In this document: positions 40,343-50,500 of the stretch, in pieces
Numbering within the stretch: the first letter of the stretch is position 1
Layout of the letters: each line of letters starts with the position of its first letter
Assembly (NCBI GenBank): GCA_963665665.1
Contig: OY762428.1
Location: 1,344,001 to 1,408,000 of the forward strand
Direction of reading: 5' to 3'
DNA: 64,000 nt
Source: Candidatus Kapaibacterium sp.
GTDB lineage: Bacteria; Bacteroidota; Ignavibacteria; Kapaibacteriales; UBA2268
Translations under genes and position numbers: made by a program
The notes under the pieces: model-generated
What the model saw: the letters and a program-made list of their open reading frames with translations, nothing else
Told to the model about the DNA's origin: nothing
Database searches by the model: none

Positions 40343-41809
40343 CTATTCAATCACAATCATTTCATACGCCGGGGGCTGGCCCGGTATTTCAATACTAATT
40401 ACATAAGTTCCGGGAGGATAAGAGTTATCCAGGACAAACTGAATACTGTTACCGCCAAGGAAATATGCGCCGAAGCTCTCCATAAGCTCTCCGCGGATTG
40501 TATATATTTTTATCTCAGCCCTTACGCTGATGTTTCCGGTTGGTTCAATATTTATCTCTTCACCTGTTTTGGCAGGGTTTGGATAAATATTGAATTGCTT
40601 CTTATATCTTTCATCATATTGCAGGACTCCGTTGCCGTCTGGGAAGTAAGAGGCTATCCAGTCGTTCAGCATACAAAACACATTATCAGGTGAATAGCCT
40701 TTCAGGCAGTCCATACCTGTCCAGTAATCTATTGATGTGTATTCCCCATTGCTGATATCTTTATCGAAATGCTGAATAGTCCAGCTTTTACCGGCATCCG
40801 TCGTATGATAAAAATATTGATAGCTGATTCCGGTCAGTTCTGTCTTCTTGGAATAATGCGGATTTGTGATATAGTTCAGGCTGTCCAGATATACAAATTC
40901 ATCCAGGCCTACACTATATGAACTATCCTTTTCGAACAGAAGGTTTTCCCAGCTCTCTCCTCCATCGGTGGTTCGGTACAGGACAGAAACAAGATAATTC
41001 GATTCCGGGTATTCGGGATCTCTTTTGCCTCCCCACATAAACCCGAGATTCTCATCAATAAAATCTATCTGGCGACATAATACACTATCCGTATTAGGAT
41101 ATTCCTTCCAGGTTTTGCCCCTGTCTGTGGACTTATACAAAGAAAAATAATCGGGCTTAAAGTATTTACTCGCAGATTGATGATACTCTAATTTATATTT
41201 TTGCACTATAAATGTATCATCAAACCATTCTATGCTATTATAAGCCACGCTGTCTTTACTGACAATTATTGTATCAATGGTAGCAAAATCATCAGATGTA
41301 GTATGGAAATAACCCCGCCATCCAACAAATCCAACAATTCCCTTACCATCGCCAATCATATTAGCTATTCCGATCCTTTCGGCTTTATAATTCTCTTCAC
41401 TGCCAAGAGGCACATCAGGCGTCATTTCCTTCACATTCCAGTTATCCCCGCCGTCTGTGGTTTTCAGGAAAAGCCGGGATTCTTTGAAAAAGAAATACAT
41501 TACATTGTTATCAACAACATACATGTCAATTGGCCTGCTCAGATAATTAGCACAATACCCCTGAAGAGTATCTTTCAAAGTATTTTTTATTCTCAGGACA
41601 TTGCTCCAACTAATGCCTCTGTCGCTAGTCTTCATAATGGTCAAACGTCTTGTATCCGAGACTCCTTCGTTCCAGAAAAAAAGATCACCGTCAGGAGTGA
41701 CATTCAATGTCCTCATTTGTATTGCATTCAAAAAACCTGTTATTCTCCATTCACCGGAATAGAGAGATAGCGGGATAAAAATCAATATCAGGATTAGTAT
41801 CTTTTTCAT
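40343..41809 (-). CDS. Family A (A2) BNR propeller + T9SS CTD
   Basis: Paralog with a unique first segment (NEGVSDTRRLTIM). Confidence 0.85.
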   Translation of the reverse strand: MKKILILILIFIPLSLYSGEWRITGFLNAIQMRTLNVTPDGDLFFWNEGVSDTRRLTIMKTSDRGISWSNVLRIKNTLKDTLQGYCANYLSRPIDMYVVDNNVMYFFFKESRLFLKTTDGGDNWNVKEMTPDVPLGSEENYKAERIGIANMIGDGKGIVGFVGWRGYFHTTSDDFATIDTIIVSKDSVAYNSIEWFDDTFIVQKYKLEYHQSASKYFKPDYFSLYKSTDRGKTWKEYPNTDSVLCRQIDFIDENLGFMWGGKRDPEYPESNYLVSVLYRTTDGGESWENLLFEKDSSYSVGLDEFVYLDSLNYITNPHYSKKTELTGISYQYFYHTTDAGKSWTIQHFDKDISNGEYTSIDYWTGMDCLKGYSPDNVFCMLNDWIASYFPDGNGVLQYDERYKKQFNIYPNPAKTGEEINIEPTGNISVRAEIKIYTIRGELMESFGAYFLGGNSIQFVLDNSYPPGTYVISIEIPGQPPAYEMIVIE

Positions 41810-41819
41810 AATCTAGCAC

Positions 41820-43289
41820 CTATTCAATCACAATAATTTCATACGCCGGGGGCTGCCCCGGTATTTCAATACCTATTACATAAGTTCCGGGATGATAATC
41901 ACCACCCAGAATAAATTGAATGCTGTTACCACCAAGGAAATATGCACCGAAGCTCTCAATCAGCTCACCACGGATTGTATATATTTTTATCTCAGCTCTT
42001 CCGCTGAAGTTTCCGGCTGGTTCAAGATTTATCACTTCACCTGTTTTTGCAGGATTGGGATAAACGCTAAATTGCTTCTCATCCAAATTATTTCCAGCAA
42101 AAGGTACAGTAAGATCATCCGGAAAATACTTGCAAAGCCATTTCCATACCATACAGTATATTCTATCGGGATAATATCCCTGAAGACAATCCATCGGCTC
42201 CCACTCTTCTATATAGCCGTAGATATCATTAGCTATATCCCTGTCAAAGAACTGCAATTCCCAGGTTTTACCGGCATTACTTGTATGGTAAAAGAACTGA
42301 TAGCTTTTGCCTTTTGGTTCAACTTCCGATCTGCTTACAGGGGTTGCAACATAATGTGAACTATCCAGATAATGAAACTCGTCAATTCCAATGTATTTTG
42401 TACTATCTCTCCTGTACAATATGTTCTCCCAGCTTTCGCCACCGTCAGTTGTTCGATAAATCACGTTTATATTGTAATCTGATTCAGGGTAAAGAGTATC
42501 AGCCTGAGCGCCCCAAACAAAACCGAGATTTTCATTAACAAACGTTATTTTACGATAAATTACACTGTCAGAATTAGGATATTCTTTCCATGTTTTTCCC
42601 CTGTCAGTACTTTTTAGTATTGAATAAAAATCTGCTATTGATTCACAACCCAGATTAGAAGTATATTCCCTTTTTGCTTTATCAAGATAGAATGTATTTT
42701 CGAACCAGCCACAAACTTTGAAACTTGTTGTGTCATCGCTAACCTTAATATAATCTAAATCTTCATAATCATTATTTGTAATACGGAATCCCCAGCCATC
42801 ATCATAATATCTAATAATACCACGATTATTATCATAAAGTATAGCATATCCAATTTTTTTAGTTCTATAATAATACTCACTGGTGGAAGGAGCCTGCGAT
42901 GATAATTCTTTTATTTCCCAATTCTCACCTCCATCAGTGGATTTTAAAAACAATCTTACACCATCAAAAAATAAATATATTAAGCTGTCATTTAAAACCT
43001 GGAAATCCATGGGTGTATGGAAGTATTTTGTAGCATATCCCATGGCTGAATCTAAATTATTGGTATTCATTAAAAACAAGGTTTCCCTGGTTTTTCCATC
43101 GTCTATGGTTTTTGTTACTTCCGTCCAGGCCTTTTCATTTGCATACCTGTCAAAGAAGTAGCATGTACCATTGGGACTAACCTGCAATGTTCTCATTTCA
43201 ACATTATGTATCCTGTTCATAATACGCCATTCACCGGAATATAGACTCGAAATACAGAATACAAAGACTATTATTAGTTTGAATTTCAT
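41820..43289 (-). CDS. Family A (A1), divergent member
   Basis: Same architecture and CTD but a diverged propeller. Start taken at MKFKLII because the longer ORF start lies inside an intergenic hairpin. Confidence 0.85.
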   Translation of the reverse strand: MKFKLIIVFVFCISSLYSGEWRIMNRIHNVEMRTLQVSPNGTCYFFDRYANEKAWTEVTKTIDDGKTRETLFLMNTNNLDSAMGYATKYFHTPMDFQVLNDSLIYLFFDGVRLFLKSTDGGENWEIKELSSQAPSTSEYYYRTKKIGYAILYDNNRGIIRYYDDGWGFRITNNDYEDLDYIKVSDDTTSFKVCGWFENTFYLDKAKREYTSNLGCESIADFYSILKSTDRGKTWKEYPNSDSVIYRKITFVNENLGFVWGAQADTLYPESDYNINVIYRTTDGGESWENILYRRDSTKYIGIDEFHYLDSSHYVATPVSRSEVEPKGKSYQFFYHTSNAGKTWELQFFDRDIANDIYGYIEEWEPMDCLQGYYPDRIYCMVWKWLCKYFPDDLTVPFAGNNLDEKQFSVYPNPAKTGEVINLEPAGNFSGRAEIKIYTIRGELIESFGAYFLGGNSIQFILGGDYHPGTYVIGIEIPGQPPAYEIIVIE

Positions 43290-43329
43290 AATCTTACCGC
43301 TTTTATAGAAAAATCCAACAAAAACAACC

Positions 43330-43360
43330 AACTCCATTCTGGCATAAGCAGAATGGAGTT
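43330..43360 (-). terminator. Stem-loop after gene B1 (terminator or mRNA-stability hairpin)
   Basis: AACTCCATTCTG-gcataag-CAGAATGGAGTT, 12-bp perfect stem; weak U tract. Confidence 0.55.
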
Positions 43361-43366
43361 GAATGA

Positions 43367-44554
43367 CTATTTTATTATTATAAACTTCCCACTTTCAAGT
43401 ACTTTAGAACCGTCCTTTAATATATAAATATACGTCCCGCTTGCAATTTCTGGAAGATTTAGTTCTATAGAATCCTTTTCGTTGTTATCTATTATCGAAC
43501 AATAAACCGATATTCCCTCAATACTTACTATTTCTATACTTATATTCTCAGAATTTATTTCCTGTAGATTCAAGGTAAATGAACCGGAATTAGGATTTGG
43601 ATGAATTCTTCTATTATCTTTTGCAGATATTAATTTAATATCATTATTTTCTCCATACTTAGGCAACTGACCACAACAGTTTTTTTCAAATGTCATGAGA
43701 GCATTGCATTTGTCTTCACAGACTTCAACTATTTCGCAAGTATAATTTGGTGAATTACTTGATACTTCATCCTCAATCCTGCCAATTTGAGATACTATCC
43801 AAATTTTATCTATGTCATCCCATTCCCATATTATACATACACCAATATAACAGCATGTTGATAGATCACATTTAATCCAAAATCCGGGAGAAGATTGTGA
43901 TGAGTTCTGAATTTCATCACTCTTTTTACCAGGAATTGGAATATTAACAGATGGAGGTGTCAAATTTGGAAAGTCAATCACATGATTCATTTCATCATTG
44001 CTAACATCAACTCCCTGATTGAGATAATGCCAACATGAAGCAATTGCTGCCGAATAATAATTTCCGTCAAATGGCCTTCCATTCTCATCCTTTGGAAATA
44101 AAGGATATTGTGCAGCTTTAATAAAAGCAACCTGTACGGCATAATTTAGAAAGACATCGAAGGATAGAGGACAATGGCAAGGATCGGCAGGATCCTGAAC
44201 AATTTCCCACCATGTTATCTCAACCTGGGTATAATCATCTTCATTGGTTCGCCAATATGCGTCAAATCGATATGTACAGGTTGTATTATCATCGCATTCA
44301 ACAGTAAAAGATAAAAATCTGTATTCTTTTACTCTCCTTTCTACCCATTGTCCGTTAAGCTCAACAAGTTCCACCTGATCATGAATCAATTCATGCAAGG
44401 GTTTCCATTCGCCAACACCAGTAATACCTTCTGGAATATCCGGTGTACAAGGAGCTTCAGGTTCTCTTCCAATAACATAAACCGGCGGCGGGTCGCTCAA
44501 AGCTACAGCTACATTTAAAACAAAAAGCAATATAAACAAGAATGCTTTCTTCAT
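43367..44554 (-). CDS. Family B (B1), divergent member, Cys-rich + T9SS CTD
   Basis: EAPCTP, AIASCW, KCDLSTCC, IHPNPN..GTYIYIL..GKFIII. Confidence 0.85.
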   Translation of the reverse strand: MKKAFLFILLFVLNVAVALSDPPPVYVIGREPEAPCTPDIPEGITGVGEWKPLHELIHDQVELVELNGQWVERRVKEYRFLSFTVECDDNTTCTYRFDAYWRTNEDDYTQVEITWWEIVQDPADPCHCPLSFDVFLNYAVQVAFIKAAQYPLFPKDENGRPFDGNYYSAAIASCWHYLNQGVDVSNDEMNHVIDFPNLTPPSVNIPIPGKKSDEIQNSSQSSPGFWIKCDLSTCCYIGVCIIWEWDDIDKIWIVSQIGRIEDEVSSNSPNYTCEIVEVCEDKCNALMTFEKNCCGQLPKYGENNDIKLISAKDNRRIHPNPNSGSFTLNLQEINSENISIEIVSIEGISVYCSIIDNNEKDSIELNLPEIASGTYIYILKDGSKVLESGKFIIIK

Positions 44555-44555
44555 C

Positions 44556-47500
44556 TTATTTCTCCTTAATTTGTTTAGGGTTAGTATTTTTATTTATTTT
44601 TGAAAGTGAATCCACTTTCTTTTTCTTATCTTCGATTATGCCATTGATTTCTTCTTTTGGCAAATCAGGCAATTTGATCTCCGGAATAGGTTTTTTACAG
44701 GTTTCTAATTTTTCCTCAATTCCCTTTATCGGTGATTTGATATCACTTCCTTTAATATCAGTGCCGGGCAAATGAAGAGAATCCGGCAAATTTGGTTTAG
44801 GAAGTATTTTTTTAACATTGATACTGTCCTTATCCATACCAAATACTTTGATTTTCTGATTCTCAGGATCAAATTTCAGCTCAAAAATGTCTAAGTCGGC
44901 ATCAATACCCGGACCATCGGTTTTATGTTGTTCCTGAATGTTTCCCGGGATCATAAAATTGTTATAATCAAACTCAAAATCACTATCAGGTGCTGGTATC
45001 TTTCCTACAGGAAAAATCAAATTTGGATTGTATAATCTATCCTGAAAAGGAGTATTAGTAATAGTTTCAGAAACAGTCATAACGCCCCGGGCAGTTTCCT
45101 TCATAGTTCTGATAAACTGCCCCTTCTGGTTATACTGAAAGTATGTGGCAAAATGATTATTATCGAGCATTGCCATCATACTATTATCAATATTATCATA
45201 TACATAGCAGCTCATTTCTGCCGAAAGTGGAAGAATCCTGACATCATCCAACCATATATAGTTTTCCTCAGCAATTCCATCATAAGTACTTTTGATATTG
45301 ACCTTTATTCTAATATCATTCCCGCCAACAGGAGAAAAGTCTTCCTCCTGGAGTATTGCCTCATACAAAGCCCACTGTCCTGTTTTAACGATATGATTCA
45401 TATTGATTTCAAAGGAGTTTGTATTTGCCTGATCATCACTAAAATCGAACCTGCATTGCAGATCACAATCAATTACATCCGGAAATCCTGCCACAGAATT
45501 GCTATAGTTATTGATCTCTGATTCGGACATTACCCGGTGCGCCCATAACTGTACCAGTAATCCCCTGTCAACATTCTGCTGATCATATTTCATTGCCTCG
45601 CTTATATTTATTTCGCCGGCAGGAAGCATATATTCATTATCAGTTAGCTTGTATGAGAATTTCCCTGTGTGTGCATATTCTTCACTAATATTAGCACTGA
45701 CTCCAAAATTTTCAAATCCCTGATAACTAACATTTTTGTAACCCGCATTAGCAGCGGCAGCAGAAATATAACTAATATCAGTAGGTTTGAACTCACTCGC
45801 TGTGTTATCCCAAATTTGATTGCCAACATTTATTGAACTAATCAGATCAGGATTGCTAACCATTTGAACAGGAATACCGTCAGGAGTAAAAGAATTACTC
45901 TGTGAACTGATAATCCAGCCCGGCTGTGGAATACCATTCCTATATCTGTGAGGCATAAGGAAATCTTCTATAACACCGGCATTTGTATATATCCTGCTGT
46001 CCGGATCGTTAAAATCCGACCCCGGAACAATGCTATAGTTGGGAACAATTGTTTCTTTAGTTCTCCAGCGTCCTTTTTCACCACGCTGATAAGGATTATC
46101 GGGATTGGAATTGTCAATACTAAAGCCCTCGATGGTTTCCCAATCATCCGAAAGTCTTGTAGCGCCGGCTACAATTATGTTATCAATATTATAATTTGGT
46201 TCGTAATCATCGATAAACTCAATACATGATATATCTCTTGACCATGTATGTGGCAAAAATCTATCCTCACTATAGCATTGAGAATTATCAGGATTTACAC
46301 AAAGTTGACCTTTCTCATTCAACATCAGCCATTCATGATCCTCCGGGACATTATAACCGGGAGTCCATCTTAAATCCATTGTGCAATTTACAGTATCAAG
46401 ATCTCCAATATCAAAGATCATCATTGGTAATTTTCCGGCAACGAAATCATTAACTGAATTAACTAATCTGCTTGTATATTTAAGGCTGCCATTAGGATTG
46501 GCTGAAAAATAAACATACTGATCAGTAAAATTAATTGTATTTGCCTGATCGTACATTCCGGTAATAGTTGGGTAACCAAAATTCGTAGCAAGGCAAATTT
46601 CAATTTGCGGGCCGCTTGCATTTTTAAATCTGTTTATTCCAAACCACCTGTTCAATAGCGGATCGGTATTAAATCCTTTCCAATAATCTGAATATTCCGG
46701 CTTAAAAGCAAATTGGTACTTTCCAAGGATACATTTATCATTGCACCTGTCATATAGAATTGAGATTTCATCTCCTCTTTCAAAAAGATCGTCACCTGAT
46801 ATCCAGATGCCATTTATCGAATAAACCGATGATCTAATTCTTTCAAATCCGGTGATTTTATCTATAAGTTTTTTCTGCTCATCATTAATGAATATTTGTA
46901 CACAACGTATATCATCATTTGTACAAATGTCTGTATGGTGAAAACCTCCAAGATTATTATCCGCCAGGAAATCCGGAATTTCTTTATTCAAATCCACAGA
47001 AAAAATTCTGTCAAGGAAATTATTTAAATCACTAACAAGCCTGTTCTTTTCTTGTGAAAAATCCAGTATTTGCACATCTGATTCTAAAACTTCGTTTACA
47101 CCGATCCTGAAATTAAGTATTGAGTTCCAATAATCATTAATAACTTCAAGATATATTTTATCACTGATATCCCCTGCATTTATTTCCATAAAACCACCAC
47201 AGGGCTTAGCAATTTTCAATGGGCCGCCTGTATATATTATACTGCCATCCCAATAACCAATAGTTTTTATACAAGCATTCAATGCGTCAACAAGCAGTTG
47301 TCTGTTCTGAAGCTCTGAATCCGAGATAATTGGCAATGCCTCTTTCGTTAAGTTACTTTCAATTGGCAGTGAAGCGCTATTACCGTAGGTTGTCAGGTAA
47401 GCAAAATCTGAACTTAGTTCATTTGTCCTACCGCTTTTTACTATCCTGAAACAGCATTTCATATCAGACGGAGCTTCGCTTTCCGGCTCATATAATGGTT

Positions 47501-50500
47501 CAAGACAAACAACATTTCCATGAATATCAATAATCTGGTAATATTCAGGATCATTCAGGCTGATAAATACTTTTTCCCCGTCTAAAGTGCATTCAGGTGC
47601 AACTTCAATTATATCTCCCGGAATTATTTCAGAAAGAAATAGTGTTTCATTGTTCTGCAAAACCCATGCATCAGAGCCGAAGTAATCCGGTTCGTGGTCT
47701 TCGGACGGAAAATACAGGTAAATAAAATATCCCTGGCCGCTGATACGCCTGTACATGTGCATATTATCATTTGAAAAGAATTCCTTATTCTCAAATTCCG
47801 CCTTCTGACCTGTCTCTTCGTACTCATGACTTATCGGGATAACAATATTATGATAAGAACCGTCGTGATTTGCAGACTTTTGCAGGGACAATTCATCAAA
47901 TCCGTCATTGCTTCTTGTTATCAGAGCCCTGCCTGAATTCGGATCGAAAGCAAGATTCTCAGTCAGGCTATACCTTCCGTCCATATAGCTTTTGATTGAC
48001 TTTGTAAATACAGGGCAATTAATAATGGTATTGGTCGAATGAATATGTGTCTTTGTACAAATCCTGTCATAACCTGCATTCGCGCTGATGCTCCAGGGAG
48101 TGAACGGAAGCTGGACATCAAAATCAGCTTCTCCCTTGACTAAGTACAGGTCATCCATCATCTTCTTCGACTCACAGACAATCTCCATATCAGTCCCAAG
48201 GAATTCATTTTCCAGGCTCTTTGTTTCCCAGTTATAAACCGGGACAGGATCGTCATAAGGATAATATTCCCACTCAGTAAATGAGGTTAAAGACCAGTTA
48301 TCCGGATTAACATCATAGTCACCATCAGTAGCAAGCGGAACAGCCATGTATGAAGCAGTTCTACGGGGCTTTCCATGCATATTGTTCAGGATAAATTTAT
48401 ATCCCTGAGAGCCGTAATATTTTTTTACAATCCTTGTAACAGGCCATACCCAGGGAGTTAAAAAATCGAAGTCTTTATCAATATTAGTGAGTTTTACAGA
48501 TTTACTGTTTAACAACGGATAGTCCCTGCAAGTCCAGAATTCTTTCTCGACTATACCGCCATTATCGCTGCCATCGTAAATACTTTTAGCAACAATTCTG
48601 GAATATGCCACAGACGGAGCCGGAAGGAGGCTCTCCCCAATCGGCCCCTCCTCAAAAATCAATTCTGCAGGTTTGTTGCTGAATGAAAACAATCCGTCCA
48701 TATATGAAATACTGGCATCAACAACATCATCTTTAATATTGCGGATTAGAGAATTTTCATAACGGCCTATACCCGGTTCGTTTGTTGCCACACCGCTGCA
48801 ATTATTATCCTGAGTTTTATAAATATATTCTGTCCCGTATAATTCCGCTTCGGCATCTTCGTTAATCCTGCTCATAAACGGGTCGAACATTAATACCCTT
48901 TTAACTCTTATTCCTCCTCCTTTTTTGGGCAGACTTTCCGGCAAAGGCAAGCGGATATATGAATTGTCAAAATCAATATGCTTGCAAAGATCGTCGTCGC
49001 CTTCAATAGCTGAAAACATATTCCAGAAATCACTTAGCTCTTCATAATCCAGATAGCTCCGTTCATAGGAACTGCAAGGCTCGCAGTTATACTCATTCTC
49101 ATCCATAATGCCGGCCCTGTTATTTTTATAAAACTCCCGGCAGGAAAACAATGGAATATTCTCGTTGTTTTCCCTGGCAAAATGGAAATATAATTTATTC
49201 GTGGCGGGATCAATATATGGATCATTTCCGAGAGTAAAATTCACATGTGACCAGCCATTTATGAATTCTGAGGTACAATAATCAATACCGACCCTGTCTC
49301 CCAGTACAGTATATAAAAATTTAAAATAGATCAGTTCATTTTCTTTGAAAAATATTCTATTGAATAATTCCAGGATATCAGAATTTACTATACTTTTATC
49401 AATTATATCGGAATAGCCGGGAAGCTGATTCAAATCAACAACTACCTGCATATTCCCGTCATAACTGTCTATTTTGCACATCACCGATACATTTCTGTCC
49501 TGCACGAAGGAATATTCATTTGGTTCATAGTGAATATGAATCTCACCCTGTGATGGCAAATTGATATTTTTCAAAGACCAAGCCGCCGGATCAAAATCAC
49601 TATCCGGATTCTGATTCAACCATGTCTTATAATTATCATTCCAGGAGAATCCTTCTTTTCGATGATTACCCCATCTGTCAATTTTAAATTGGTCATAGTC
49701 CGGTTCCTGCTCCTTTTCAGCACCATAATCCCTCAAATTTTCATATATTTCCGGATAATTCTCACCACTATCATAAACATAATCAAATTCATAAGTACTT
49801 ACTCCATAATCCTTGATGTCTCTTTGGTCAAACCATAGTCTTCTAAGTGACAATTTTCCGAAGTTTTTACCGGTTTCACTATTCGCGATTGAATTCGGCT
49901 GATCTTTCCATATTGGATAATCAATATAATATTGGAATTTTGTTGTAGTTAGTAGTTCAGCATGTATAAGGCTGCTCCCTCCGTTGATAGTCTCTGAAGC
50001 TTTTGAGTAAAGTTCAATTCTCTCAAGAAATTCTGATTTATTTACTTCAGGCAAAGTATAATCATCCGTTTTTCCAGCATTATTTTCATTATGATCTGCT
50101 TCATATCCATCCTTCCTTTCAGCCACTTCATCATCAAGCAGGGTTCCGGTTATTTGTTTTGTTGTTATTTCCCCGTCGTCGTCAAGGATGGTAATTGTCA
50201 GGTTGGTTTTGTTGGTAACGAAATATGCTATGTGGGTTTTGGTTTCTATTGATTCCAGGTAGTAAAGTTCCCTTTCGCCGGATGAAAAGCTGCACATGTC
50301 GTCATTATAATCGCTCAGGGAGTTCCTTTGGAATAGATATCCCCGGTATGGATTGCGCCATTTATACCAGCAGTCATTGCTGTCCCCGGGGCTGAAGCCT
50401 GTTTCGGTATTTTCGTATCCGTCTTGGTTCTGCCACTGATCGGCATAAGGGTCGCTCTTCATATCTGTTCCCGCAGCCCGCCTGTAGTTGAAGATGGTAT

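Noticed and set aside
23310-41809. Array as a pure assembly artefact
   Set aside because: Copies have unique segments and many synonymous differences, and all frames are intact. Individual junctions still need long-read confirmation.
23310-44554. Diversity-generating retroelement or invertase shufflon as the source of variation
   Set aside because: No reverse transcriptase or adenine-specific TR/VR pair; all copies share one orientation and no recombinase is adjacent. The integrase at 60.7 kb belongs to the tRNA-linked element.
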